DNA of 54,569 nt, counting the filler, from Sphacelaria rigidula (taxonomy: Eukaryota), in the NCBI GenBank assembly GCA_964200075.2. It is 2 parts of 2 records of this genome, joined end to end, with 100 filler letters (N's around TTAATTAATTAA, not from the genome) between each part and the next. Parts side by side here need not be neighbours in the genome. Positions count along the whole stretch, not along the records: positions 1 to 27,240 come from CAXNAA020000123.1; 1 more part is not named here. One strand, written 5' to 3'. The notes below the pieces were generated by a model, which was not told the DNA's origin, searched no databases, and worked only from the letters and a program-made list of their open reading frames with translations. Shown one piece after another: positions 13,451 to 26,761 of this stretch (positions are counted from its first letter, which is position 1; every line of letters begins with the position of its first letter). The translations under genes and the position numbers were made by a program.

Positions 13451-13852
13451 TCTTTTGCAGTAACCATGATGGTGGACTTGCATCATATTGTGCGGGTGAA
13501 AAACCTCACTCTCGTGCAAAGGGGATGATCGTACTGCGTTGTGTTCAAGTGGTGAAACACCCATAAGACCGTGTAGCCCGTGGCTATCTCGGTAAGTGGC
13601 GACACCAGAAAATGAAGCAACTTATTCGCGTCTATCGTCCACATTTAAGAATCATCAGTACGCTTCGGGTCGAACAATCTTAGTAGGATACAGGTCATAC
13701 CTCATGCGACTCGCCGAACACATCACGGCGCTTAGGGCTTGGTGATTGCGAGCCGGGTTTGGCGGAAACCCGACGTGCTCAGTCCCGGCCTTGCAGTGAT
13801 GCGAGGTCAATGATCTTATGACTATAGCATGCACGCTGATGAATACACCCCG
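13451..13852 (+). mobile_element. ~400-bp non-coding retroposon (SINE-like family B), apparently full length
   Basis: Colinear with 40768-41172, both starting GTAACCATGA. Flanked by CCCCCCTGT at 13442-13450 and 13853-13861. Confidence 0.75.
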
Positions 13853-13891
13853 CCCCCCTGTCGCCGCTTCCGGCTCGTGGACCTCCATCAG

Positions 13892-14071
13892 GTTCGCACG
13901 ATGAAAGCGAACTACAAGATTGAGGCGGGAGACGTGCGAGTGATCCGGCCCTTGTGCTACGCCAGAGAGGCCTTGACCAAAGACTTCGCACGGGCCAATC
14001 GCCTTCCCATCGTCAACGAGAATTGCCCGGCGTGCTTCGAGGAGCCCAAGGAGCGGCATAGGGTCAAGAAG
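13892..14071 (+). CDS. TtcA-like protein, exon B
   Basis: CAG acceptor (AG 13890-13891), GTGAG donor at 14072, 180 nt, phase 0. VRTMKANY...VIRPLCYARE...LPIVNENCPACFEEPKER contains the IRPL motif and a CxxC, and continues exon A in frame. Confidence 0.9.
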
Positions 14072-14466
14072 GTGAGCGTGTGATGTCCTCCTGCCTAACC
14101 CCTCCCTCCCTCTCATTTTTGTTGTCGTTGTTCGCTGTTTGCTCGGCTGTTTCGTCGTCTTGCTGCCTTTTTCCTCCTCTTATTGTTGCTTGTTTTGCTG
14201 TCTCTCGTGTTTTTGAACTCTCTGTTCTCCTTGTTTTTTCTGGTCCTTCCGTCCCGTATTCCTTTTTTTTCATCTTCATGCTGTGTTGTTCGGTCTTGTG
14301 ATGGTGATGGTGGTGGCTGTAGTGGTTGTGGGGATACGACTCCTGTGATATCCTGCTACGACCCGACCCTTGTGCTCCACCATGCATTTGTATACCTATC
14401 TCAGGGGAACGTCGATCTAACGTCACCGATTTTCTTGGCCATATTTTGGCCTCCCTCTCTTGTTTG

Positions 14467-14568
<102 letters not shown>

Positions 14569-14843
14569 TTTTGTTAGTATTGCTGGTTTTTGGTACTGTT
14601 GTCGTCGTTGTTGGTGCTATTGATGCTGATGTCGATGTCGTCGTCGTCATCGTCGTCGTTTTTTCACTCCCTAATAAGGATTTAACGCATCTTGTTGAAT
14701 ATCCTAATCACCTTCCACGACTACAGAAACCCCCTTCATACAACTCTGTTTGCCTGTATGTACGTCCACTGTTCTCGTCTGCGTGTGTTTCTATATTTCT
14801 TCATATTTCTCTTTCGGATTTTTCATTTGATGTCTGTGTGCAG

Positions 14844-14957
14844 ATGCTGGCGAAGGAGGAATCTCTGTTCCCCACCATGTACGCCAACCTCCGGCGAGCG
14901 CTGGTGCCTCTGATGGATGACAACGTCTACGAGGCCATGAAACAAACGACTGCCCAG
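14844..14957 (+). CDS. TtcA-like protein, exon C
   Basis: TGCAG acceptor, GTGAG donor at 14958, 114 nt, phase 0. Encodes MLAKEESLFPTMYANLRRALVPLMDDNVYEAMKQTTAQ. Confidence 0.85.
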
Positions 14958-15467
14958 GTGAGCTGGTCATTGAGGTGGTTAGTGGTTCCGTTATTGCGCA
15001 TGAACACGTCGTTAGTATGTATTAATATGATTGCGAACAAAAATGGCAAGGAGGGCAAGTTGGCCGTAGCAGAATCAACGTTCTTCACTTGAGACTGTTT
15101 TGCAACAGTGTGTGTAAGTGTTCCCCCTCCCCTCTTTTTTCTCACCTCTTTGTCCCTCTTTCTCGCCCATACAGTTAAAACGCAATAACGTTATTGTGGT
15201 GTGTTTGGTGAGACGGATATACATGCGTCTTATCTCCACGTTAGATTCAGGATTTGGGTTACGGTTACACTAATGTACATGTGCCTTGTCTCCGGCTCCA
15301 CGAGGTGAAAATTGCTGAATGCTTGATGGTATGTATCCGTGTCGGCGAAAATATGGAGGGAGAAAACACACTGCATGAATTCGTGCCAAACACTGAACGA
15401 GACGAAACGGCGATGGAAGTTGAGACATAATAGTGCGCCTCGAGTCTGGGCCATTTCGGGGATTCTT

Positions 15468-15507
<40 letters not shown>

Positions 15508-16635
15508 CGATTTGTTTTGCCCATCTGTTTGTGGTTAAGCTCACCTCCCCCTCCACCGTGTACGTGATTCGGTGACACAGTGATTGCACACCCTTGACAA
15601 CGACATTATACATCAAAGGCGAAAACTGTATTGCGTACAATATCGAAAATATTTTTGTTGTATTGCAATAGACACTAGATACGATACTGTACCCAGTACC
15701 CGTCTTGCTGATGTCTATTTTTTTGGGTGTGATGATTGATCGACCGATGAATCGTCCCACATTAACTGATCCGCTAAGAATGCAGCCATGGTCTAAAGAT
15801 AGACGTAAGTAAGGGAACCGAACCACTCGCTGAAGTCAATTTGAGAACCGGGAAAATGCGAGGAAAAAAGGGAGACAGCGAACTGAGTACGCTAGATAGA
15901 ATGCGTGCCCAACGCGATCGCTTTGGAGCAGTACGGCCAGAGTAAGTGACCAACTATCTCAACTGCAAAGTTGTCGTTCTGAACTCCCGTTTATTATGCC
16001 ACTCGAAACGTTCTCGATTCGACCGACTTTCAAGTTCAAGTGCTCATGCGCTCACGTTGCGTTCCTACTCCAAGAATATTTTCACCAGTCATGGGGTCGA
16101 AAAACAGATGACTACTCATACACGCACGCACACACACACGCACACACACACACACACACAAGCGCGCGTGAGGGTAGTCTACAGGTATGTCTGTGGTTTC
16201 GAGCTTCTTCTCCGTTTTGTCGTACGATTATTCAACTCTGAAAAACGCTGCCTCTCACACGCCAAAATGTAAAATCACCCCATGCGATCAGGGGTCTATT
16301 TCACTCCCCGTTTGAAGAGGATGGTTGTCATTGTGGGTGAGAATCCAGACCGACTTCACGCGGCGGGGCAATATGGTGGCAACCAATCAGATTGCTCCTT
16401 TTGGATGCTTGCTTTGCGCTTCACTCCTTTTTTTGGTCCCGTTAAGATGGGGCCTTTTTTACGCTGTGCCGAGGGTCATGCATGGCACCACCAGAGATGT
16501 TCTCCGTGCTGCACACGTTGGTACATTATTGGGCAGTATTCGGTTGGAAAGTCTTGTCCGCAAAAAACCGAACAATTCGAGCGTTTTTTTTGGAGACCGA
16601 CCGGCATGTGGGGGTTTAGTCTGCCTCGGGCGGAG

Positions 16636-17020
16636 TGTGTGTGTGTGTGCGTGTGTGTGTGTGTGTTCCACATTTATTCTGTGACGCCAGTCTACATCTT
16701 TCGGTATATGTGGGCGCATCAGCCGGGGCCACACAGGAGGAACGTCAACACAGGAGCTTTTCCTTTTTTATTTTGGGATAGTACTCCCCCTTCCTTCTGC
16801 GGTGCTTGTCTTCTTTTTTATTGCGAGAGGGATCCAGCGGTCCCTTTCCCTCATCGACAGTGAAGTGCAATGTTGTATGCCCCCTACACATGGATCGTCG
16901 CTCTTCACTGTCGGGAATGTTGTGAGATTAAATCCCAGATCTTTTGACTGCACCGAGATTCGAACCTACGACCCAACCGTCAGAAGGTTTCCAGGTTACC
17001 AACTGAGCCACCGGCGTGAC
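16636..17020 (-). mobile_element. tRNA-derived SINE (family C) with (CA)n tail
   Basis: Minus strand has A-box GGTGGCTCAGTTGG (16999-17012) and B-box GGTTCGAATC (16957-16966). Body is shared with 19675-20135 and 20425-20888. Confidence 0.8.
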
Positions 17021-17190
17021 CGGCCGGGGTGTCACAAAAAATGAGAAACTGCAAACCCTATGCGAGGTTTCACGAAAGTGAGAGTCCCTTTTTTTCTTTC
17101 TCTGAATTTCATGCCTCGGATTTTTCGGAATTTACACGTGCTTCTGTGTCTTCGCGTGTGTCCGTGTGTGTATGCGTTGCGTTTCTGAAG

Positions 17191-17664
17191 GTGGTTTCGC
17201 GTCAAACGGCCAGACGTGGCCAATCGACACGAACGAAGAAGAACCAGGAAGGATCGAATGCGGAGGGGGAAGCTGGCGTTTCGTCCCCGCTCAAGAAAAG
17301 CGTCGAAACGGCGAGTTCTGAATACACGGTAACTGCCCCGACCGGGAACGTTGTCGGTAACAGTTGTTCCACCGAACCGGCCCGACAACGTACAACGGGG
17401 AAAGAGAGTTCTCCCGATCGGACCCAAAGACAGTCAGAGAATGAACGGAGATTGTTGAGCGATTTCAGTGAGCAGGCCCTCGAAAGGGAGCTAGCGCGTA
17501 GAAGACAACTGAGAGACCCAACCGCGGCAGGCGGTGTCGGTGGGGGTATTCTTGATGTTGATGTGAATGATGACAATGCCGACCGCTTTAGTGTAGTAGA
17601 GAAGGGGAGTGCATGCGGAGAGGAGAAGGGGGCCGTCTGTGTACCGTGTTTCGAGATCGCTTGA
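17191..17664 (+). CDS. TtcA-like protein, probable terminal exon (low-complexity C-terminal extension)
   Basis: AG acceptor 17189-17190 after a T/G-rich tract, phase 0, open to TGA at 17662-17664. Ends ...CGEEKGAVCVPCFEIA. Confidence 0.7.
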   Translation: MVSRQTARRGQSTRTKKNQEGSNAEGEAGVSSPLKKSVETASSEYTVTAPTGNVVGNSCSTEPARQRTTGKESSPDRTQRQSENERRLLSDFSEQALERELARRRQLRDPTAAGGVGGGILDVDVNDDNADRFSVVEKGSACGEEKGAVCVPCFEIA

Positions 17665-19674
17665 GACGAGGAGGGGACCAAGGAAGCAGGGATAGATCGC
17701 ACTGGCCTGTTATGTGTATATTTGGCGATGTATTATCTCGGTGGTTTCCACCGCGGTATGCATGCATCCTGTTGGAACGGGTATGGTGATGGCGAATTCA
17801 CCTCTACCGTGAGGGTCCCGGTATAGTGCGGTGGGTCGCCAGCCTGGCATGATCGTACTCTGCCGGAACCCCGCACCGCACTGGTATTGTGCGAATGTTT
17901 TATATTGGTATAGGGCATCAGACTTGTGAGCGACAAGTGATTTTGACTGCACTGTGGCGGGAGTTCAATGTGCAGGTAGGTGTTATTGGAGAGAATAAAG
18001 ATAAGTCAGTCGTCCGACAGGGCAGAGGTGGCGAGATGGTGGATGTTGCCCCTTCGGTGTCGATGTAAGCGTTGTGTGCGGGCGCGCAGTTGTGGAGCGT
18101 GCAATAATAAGTTGACGCTGTAAGTTTTGTGCAAAGGTGATGGGCTCGTGGGGCAAGTGATGTCGAAACACGGAAGTCGTGGAGTTGTTGTTCGAAATAA
18201 CGTAACGTGTGTCGTGTGGGTATTTTAAAAGAACGCAGATCGCGCCATTATTGTTTATAACAGTTCTCGTGCTGTCGGTGTTTTACAGTGCAATCAATCC
18301 GTACATTCAATCGCAAGGAACGATGTTGCGCGGCTCGGGCGGTCTGTATATTGTAAGGCAGTATCAAGGGCAAAACACAGACGTTTTGCCAGAGCACATG
18401 AGAAAAATGAATCTAGAATCACCATGAATGTGCCAAGGCCTCGATGTACGCACGGTGCATTCTTCCTACGTATATTGAAGAGGGCTTGGGAACAAAGGTC
18501 ACCGTCAGATAAATCGAAATATTTACCGTGCCATCTTTTTCAATATAGTTTTTCTTGTTGGTTCCTCTTGCTTGCTTGATGTTTATTTTTTTTCTCCTTT
18601 GTTCCTTTTGTTCGCTTCCGTCAATTTACCGCGGGTATGTCCACGGTATTTGGTGATCACGGTTGGATTCGTAAGTAGCGGATTATTTTAATTAACATTT
18701 TCGCCAGATTGGGTGTCTAGCTTTTGATCGAGTGTGAACTGCTCATTTCAGCCCATCTTCACCCCAAGAAGAAGTGAAAACGATACCGGTTCCACAAAGG
18801 GATATGAAGCACCGGAAGTGCCCATTTGTGGAATCGGCATCATTTTCACTTGAAACGTTATTGCGTGACCCAGATTATCACTCTGGTGGTCAAATGGAGT
18901 TAGTTGTTGGATATATAACCCGAAATCAGACAAACAGTAACTCACGATTATTTGGAATCGCCGCGGGTTAATACCCTACACTCGCATTTCAACCTATGAA
19001 TCGGAAGAGTATTTTTGGGATGCATGTCATCATCTGTCGCGTATAGTCAGAACCCGCTCAATGTACAACGGCGCATTACTGGGAGGAATGATTCGATCAT
19101 CGATATCGTCATTTCTCCTTCCGTTCCTGTCTGTCCAACGTAACGTAGTATCTTTAGTACAACATTGACAATCGTATGGCTAGCACCGCAGAAGAAAGTA
19201 ACACTGGATCCTAGAAAATGGGGTTCATACAAAAATGAGGTTGAAGTGACATTTCTCTTTTGCAGGGAAGACGCGAAACACTTACGACCGAGCGAAGCCA
19301 TCTCCCCCCTCAAATGTCTGCAACAGTTAAGCAGCTGTGGCTAGGTGCACCAAACGAATGCGGTGTACACGCGTGTCGATGACGATATCACCAGAGAGAG
19401 GAGCAACGACATGCGTGTACTTCGTGTGTCCTCGCTCGGCGATCACCAATCGCTCGAGAAACTGGCATCATCGATGTTAATACACCAGCATGTATGTGCC
19501 AATTTTTCCATGTGCCAGAGCACCGACGTGCGGAGAGATTCCGTCTCTTCCTGCCTGTCGAGCTCACGAACGCGAAGATCGATTTCTCTCTGCCTCTCCT
19601 TTTGGACAGGGCGCGCCTCTGTGATCCAGCAGTTCTCCTGGCTGGCATCACAGTACACAAAAATCGACTTGATG

Positions 19675-20135
19675 ATCGACGAGGCAGAGGGACCGCTGAA
19701 CCCCTCTCGCTATAGAAGATAAAGGCAAGTACCGCAGAAAGGTGACACTTTCTACGATAGCCCCCCCAAGAAAGTGCATGGTTTTGGGAGGCAAAATCTT
19801 CACGTATTTCGAAATGGGAAAAGCCGAGCACAACGAGAACCTGGGAATTTTCACACTTGGGTTCGCTCTATAGTAGCCGATGTCGCCAATATGAGGCGCT
19901 TCGTGCAGTCTGAACCCGAAGATCAAGCGCTGTATGGCCATTTTTTTCGTGACACTTTTAGCTGGTTTGGGGGGGGGGGCATCGTAGAAAGTGTCAGGTG
20001 GGGAACTAAACGGACGAAGAAAGGAAAAGTTTCTGCGTTGATCTTCCTCCTGTGTGACCTCGGCTGGTGCGCCCAAATATATATTATACCGAAAGGTATA
20101 GACCGACGTCCCGAGTAATTGGGACGACAACACAT
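19675..20135 (+). mobile_element. SINE family C body, interrupted by a MITE
   Basis: Reverse-complement similarity to 16670-16860 on both sides of 19744-19995. Confidence 0.7.
19744..19995. mobile_element. 252-bp MITE with 4-bp TSD
   Basis: Termini GACACTTTCTACGAT / ATCGTAGAAAGTGTC. AGGT duplicated at 19740-19743 and 19996-19999. Confidence 0.85.
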
Positions 20136-20424
20136 ACATGCAATATTTCCAAGTCGTTTGTAGAGCGATAATTGGGAGAGTCACCGTACTTCTCGTGGGC
20201 GGCATTGCCCACGTTTAATGCAGCAACAAAAAGAAACATCTCATCTCAACAAAAATGAACCTCCTCTCTTATTGGTAACTGTTTTAGAGTAAGTTTGTCT
20301 CTTCGCCGCAGCCGGAGTAGTAGGTCTCTCGGCATCTCACTGTCAATCTGAACAATGCATCGATGTGACGGTTTCAAACCGCACCAGCAAAAAAATCCCG
20401 CCCAGCGATCACTTTCCCTCGCCT

Positions 20425-20888
20425 ACTCTTGCGGTAAAAAACAAAGGTAAGCACCGCAGAAGGAAGGTGGGGTACTAAAAACAAATAAAAAAGAAGAAGC
20501 TCCTGAGTTGACTTTCCTCCTGTGTGACACCGGCTGATGCGCCGACATATAACAACGTTTTCGTGAAATTGAAAGTGAAAAGCGGTCAATTAGTGAATGA
20601 GCCGTTTCAGTTCCGAAATGCACCTCCACCAGGCCCAATATTCTCTCTGTAGTAGCTAGCCACTGAGGCCCTCGATATCCTTGAGTAGGATATCAATGTG
20701 CAGCTGTAAGCACATGGCAGTGATGAGACGACGAGAAGCACACACAGAATGAAAAATTAGCCAAGATAAAGCGCGAACGATCAAAGTCATTCTCAATCCG
20801 CACCCAACTCTCAATCTTCTCGCGAAAACCTTGTTATATACCGAAAGGTGTAGGCTGGTGTCCAGAATAGATTGGACGACAACACACG
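20425..20888 (+). mobile_element. SINE family C body, interrupted by a MITE
   Basis: GCACCGCAGAAGGAAGG...CCGGCTGATGCGCC.ACATAT resumes as ATATACCGAAAG after 20835. Confidence 0.7.
20551..20835. mobile_element. 285-bp MITE with 4-bp TSD
   Basis: Termini AACAACGTTTTCGTGA / TCGCGAAAACCTTGTT. ATAT duplicated; removing it restores the SINE sequence CATATACCGAAAG. Confidence 0.75.
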
Positions 20889-23800
20889 CCCTAGACCAGA
20901 TCCTTGAAAATTCACTCTCAATTCAAAACGTCATAAAATCCATTCTTGATCGACACTTTACTCCCCACCTCACTTTGTTCTAACCCTTGGCCGGCGGGAC
21001 TATAGGTCGGCTGCTGAATCGGCATCAATTCCACTTGAAAAAATAACAATACATATGTGTGGTCCTGATGCACCAAGGAACAGAAACAGGCAGTCAATCA
21101 ACCAAGTTTTTGTTCGTCTTTCTCGTACTCGACTTGCCTCGACTGGATGTATAGTAGAAAATCACAGAGACAATCAACTCTTCATTCGATCTATTCAAAT
21201 ACCAATGCTTCTTGCCAGTGCATTTATATACGAATAGCGTACAGTAGTGCGAGCAGTAGCAGAGTATGACAAGATAATAACTGTGATACGTCCCGATCCA
21301 TCGCGGGTCTGAAAGAGAAGAAGTGTGTATAGACCCAAAGTTGAATAATGACCTGGCGGCGTGGACTTCTTTCGTGAGCTCGTGAACACTCAGCGAGCTA
21401 GTCCCGGAGGAGGGGTGACCGAGCAACGACTGAGGACTGCAAGTCCCACCGACAAGGTATTTACTCTCCCTTAAATTCTCTCGATTATTGTCTGGAGACG
21501 TGATATCCTGTGTGATGTTTGCAACAAGCGATCGCAGACGTGCGCGAGGATGGTGGCCTGTACTGGCACTGATAGACCAGGAGTCACAAGGACAGCTGAA
21601 GAAGAGTTGCACCTGCAAAACGACTCTCGATAGTGTTGGCAATGCCTCCCGGCAGCTGTATGGGACGCTGCTTCGGCAGAGAGCAACGCTATGAAAAGAT
21701 CCCTACTTCACTGCCCGTTTTACTCCTGCAGATTGACAATTTCAATATTCTACGCTGAGAGCAAGGTCACAGCAGTCCAGGCGTATCGCCACAACGTACC
21801 CGGCTAACTGACCGGTACTGCTGATTGCACAGTGTTCGTCGGGCACGGAGTAGTCGCAAGGCATATCGTCCGCAACAGCAGTGCCTTTGCGGTGATGTTG
21901 CTGTTAAATTGCTCTATTTTTGAGCCGTTAGTTCGTGTTTTGTTCGCTGCTGCTGCTGCTGCTGCTGCTGCTGTTTGGGCGCTGTTACTAAGGTTCGGTA
22001 GCTCCACCTGCGACATGTGAAATGCAAACACTTTCAAAGCTGGAAACACATGCCACACCGCGGAACCGTACCGGTAGTCGGCGTCGGCTCGACCATAGTG
22101 TAACCAGTACAACCTGGCGAAATCGAACCCACTGACACCATCTTCCAAGCTCAACTTTGTCTAGGATCATTGGTCCATACTGCCTGAGAATTAGGTTTGC
22201 TTCTACCTGTACATGTTTACGAGATGTGGCCAACGATACCCTCATGGTTGTCACCATCTCCGTTTTTGTCGACGAAATTCGAGGCCCCAACATGATACGG
22301 CAACAGTACTCGTAGAGTGTGGGGGGTATCATGTACCCCGAATTTGTCATTTTGAATGCAAGCCTTAAAAGGGCACCCCCATTGGCGACCTACACACTAT
22401 ACGCCTTTCTCAACCGCTATGCATCGTCAGTAGTAGCATGACTGAGCTAATGCGCATTACATGTGCCAGAGGTGGCAGTTTGCTGCCTCTTGGATCAAGC
22501 ATAATAGCGACAGTGGCTGATTGTTCAGCACTGCAGAGTAATCGATTTTTGTACGGTCGGGTACCCGGATTTCCCAGACTCCTTCATTAATTGGAGGATG
22601 CATGTTACTGCTGTACAACAGTATGATAGCACGGTTCATACTGCTCCAGTTTCGCCTCACCTTATTTTTTTCGCTATTTTATGCACAACAACAATAGAGA
22701 GTTTCGGAATATTTCGTTTCTGATCATAGAGTCAGAGTGCAGAGTGGAAGCGTTGAAACTTCAGAGTGGACGCCAAAAAGTTCATAGCGGAAGCTGATGT
22801 GACGTGGCTTGATGTGGACTGGTTCCCCCGCAGTGATTAGCCGCAGGTTGTGTCGCCAAATAAATGTGCGATCGCCCAGCGTGTAGTCAGGTGCAATCCG
22901 AAAATGCACCAGTCAAGACAGCATTTGTTGTACCATACCCTGCGGTACCGTACGTGCCGTACACCACGCTTCATTGCACCTGTAGTACTTCAATGCACCA
23001 CAGGGTACTGTAGTGCTGTAGGGCTATGCAGTGTAGAGTACAGCCAGTGCAGTATAAAGAGTGCAATGCAGAACCCTACAACAGTACAGTAGTAGGCAGC
23101 ACTTTCAAACAGCAGGCAAGGCCGCATCGTGATGATTTCCCAACATGCCACCCATAAGTGTGGTGCAAAAAGTCATGACCTCTAACGAAGTGGCAATGTA
23201 GCCAGGTGTAGTACTGCTTGTGCGTTGTAGACTACGAACCGTTCACACCGTCTTCTTACAGCTGAGGCTGGCAAGAGTGAGGAACTGCACCCAAGGGCAA
23301 CGTGTGCCCGTCGATCATTTGAATACTCACTCAACACAACCAAGCGAATGCTGATACCATGACGGCGGCAGGCAGGTCTTCTGACTGTCATGTCGAGCTT
23401 TTCTACTTCGTGAATGGCCCATCGTGATGAGTACGGCAGTTTTGATGGATGATGAATGTCCGGCTTTGCTTGTTAGGGTGTGTTGACTTTGAACTGGACG
23501 TGACTATAGCGGTAAAGGTGGGCGTGGTTCTTCTTCATTCTACTATGAGCTCTGAAGAGGAACAACGGTTTTCAGAGTGAAGTGGTGCAAACGGCACTCT
23601 GACTCTGAAAAAATCGCTCCGAAAAAAACCTCATAGCAGAAAGTGCACCGTTACCGGCTATTTTTCCTTCCACTCTGACTCTTAAGATTTGAAGAAACGT
23701 TTTCCGAAACTCTCCAAGATATATTTCTTTTTCAACGCGTTAACGTCTACCTAGCGACTACGGCGCCGACACGCAATCGTCAAATTAAGGCGTTAGTGTA

Positions 23801-26491
23801 ATTCGCTGCTGCGAGGTGTGTGCCGTGGCACTCAACACTTGTTCTGGTAACACGTGGAAGATATCCGTGCGATGTTGAATCCTCGGGTGCCCAAGACCAC
23901 TTATCGACCCCGATCAACAACTGGAAGCATGTGAAATACAACCGCCTTTGACTGAAGACGATACAGCACAAGTCAGGGGCTGAAAAGCATGGAACACACG
24001 ATATATTGGCACTGGTAGTGGTGCTCGCAAAGAGAGGGGAGCTGGTCACTCTGTAGTGTCTCACCTCAGAAACACCACGGTGGAGGTCAGCTGGCGATAT
24101 GTCCCGAAATGAGATGTCCCATTCAAGGAGCTAACATACTGCCGCAAGGAATAAAATACACCCTGCTGTTCCCTGTTCCCCTGTTCTCACCACCCCTCCT
24201 GTCCGCGCAGAGAAGCAAATATGCTGGGGATAGCAAGAGGAGGAATATCAGCCGGTCGGCGATCGTTAGCGGGCTTGGGCGATGCCCGGCTTGTCGTGTG
24301 CGGCGGGGCCAATTTCTTGCCAGGGGCAGCGGGAACAGTGCGGGCAAGGCGGCCGGTTCTTGCCGACAGCCGAGGGGGTGGGGCCAGAAATGGGACCTCG
24401 GCAACATCGGTGAGATATCATCACCTGTTTGACTGCAAGTTAGGACAATAGAAGTTGGAAGAGGATATGAGCAGGAGGACTGTTTTTGGTAGCTTTGAGT
24501 GTTGAGTCTGTGCTGTGATGGTGGGTTATAACTTTGTGGTGTACGGGTTCCGCTCTCCAGTAAGCATCGTGAACTAATAAATAGATAAAAATGAGTAGCG
24601 GCCGAAAGTTTGAAACGGTGGAACAGATATCATTGTACACGTACACCACGCAATAGGCGCGGTCACCGGACAGAGTACATATATCATTGTGACGCTTTTT
24701 CGTCAGAGTGACTGACTGCCCTTGGGCGATAAGGGAGAGACGAATGCAAGGATGGCTGAAACGAGACGGGGTTTGAAGCACGCCTTTTTTATCCTCTTTT
24801 CGTTTTGTTCAAACGCTTCCTTCTTTGTGTGTTGTCCTCATCTCACTGGAGTTTTCTTCTATTATTGTGAGTGTTCAAGTGTATTATCCACCTTGGGTAT
24901 ATCTGTCGCGTGACCAAGGGTGGAGTCGTGCGGCGGATGAGTCGAATGGAGGCCGTCGATTATTATTTTCTTCACATGCCCCTCCCCCCCCCTCTCCACC
25001 TTCTCCATTCCCGTCCGAAATCGTAGCACGAGGCGAATGCAGTCGCGTTAATATTCACTGGAAATTTTATGATTTTCGCCTGTTTTCGTTTCGTCACTTT
25101 GATTGGGACTACCAACCGGTCTGTACGCAACACTGAAATGCGGAAGGTTGGTTGATGTGCGTGCGTGTGTGCATGTGTGTGTGTGCTTCGCCCACCCTGG
25201 ACAACAGATTACATCGTCAAGTAGGAGATTGTGTACAGTGTCGGCTCATATGTCTACTGCAACAGACGACAGATTCCATACTGTACGCGGTACACTCTTT
25301 GATTATGTAACATATAGTCATTATCTAGGGTGTGGTGCTTTGTCAAATAGTTGGGGTGCAGGAGGTCAAACTTCGTACACAATGGTCCGCGGTTCTTCTT
25401 TGGATACAAGGCTCATTCTGCCTCTTTTTTTTTTTCGCACGCGTGCTTTACAACGCTTTGCGTGCTCTTTGCCAGAATGCATTGTACGGATTGCATCATT
25501 TCTCGCTTTACCCTGACAATCGGCCCCACAACCTCTTCGAAGGTGTTCCGGGAGAGGGTACCTTGCCTCAGTGACCCGTTACATCTATTACCGCCTTTAT
25601 TTATTTGCCGCCGTTTTCCCTTTCTCGATTTTTTTTTAGCAAGTGTGTTTTTGCTTGTTTACTTTATTGTGATCAAGGCTGGGTTCGTACCGTATCAAGT
25701 AATACGTGACTATCGAAAATTATTCAACTGATTAACCTGTTTCTGAGGGTCCTGGAGTGCCGAGTGCCCCAGAGTCGTACCGCACCCAAAGTATCGACTA
25801 CCGAAAATGCTGGTTGATCCAGAGTAGCTGGTACCTGGGATTACCGACTTGGAAAATGTAAAGAGTGTTGAAGAGTACCGGTAATACTGAACTGTGCCCT
25901 GGCCCGATCATATTTTCATCCCTCGAACGCGCGAGCAGGGTCTCGAGATGCATGGAACGACGATCCTGTGTGTCCGAAAAAAAGGCAAAGTGGTGAGTGT
26001 CATTTTTTTTTTGTCTTGTCCTGTGTTGTCCAGTCTCGATTCCCCTTATGCGTGGTAGATATCTCGGTATTTTCTAGTGTGCTTTTGCAATGCCGTCCAC
26101 CATTTCAGGAAATATTGCTATCATACGGTGTGACGTTTCAATTAGTCCCGTGAAAAGTAGTGGATTTTAGTATAGTTGGTTCGTACCGCACGACTCGATC
26201 CTTGGACTTTATTTCCAGCGTTGCACACCAGGTTCGCTCTGCGCACCCCAGGCAAGTGGAATATCGTAAAATATGTGTAGGTGAAGATTTTTTTACCCGC
26301 GGTCAACTTTTTGTCTCTCTTTCAAGCAATCAGGCCTCTGAAATCGTAGACTTCGTGATTCGGACCAGCGATGATTCCAACGCCCCTTGCATACTGTGCC
26401 CGCGTCTGATTGTGCGCTTGTGTTACGGATACCACAACGGTGGAACGGCATACACATATATGCCGTCGCTACCATTTGCTTGGGATTTAGT

Positions 26492-26493
<2 letters not shown>

Positions 26494-26561
<68 letters not shown>
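26494..26561. repeat. (GT)n microsatellite
   Basis: Directly visible. Others at ~15470-15502, ~16120-16160 and ~31164-31189. Confidence 0.95.
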
Positions 26562-26565
<4 letters not shown>

Positions 26566-26761
26566 GTGCGCACACAACTGCGACACATGATGCATGAATG
26601 TACACATACAATTTTTCGTTGCACACCAGTAGCAATACGCTTGCTCAGTGTCGAACAGAGCCTGGGTTTGTGCACGTTGCATGTGAATATCTCTGCTGTA
26701 TGCTTGCATCTACTTTTGAAATAACACCTTTCATCCGTATGGTGCGTTTGACAATATTGCA

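Noticed and set aside
16945-17020. Functional tRNA gene
   Set aside because: A and B boxes are present, but I could not fold a proper cloverleaf and it is attached to a multi-copy body with a (CA)n tail, so it is a SINE head.
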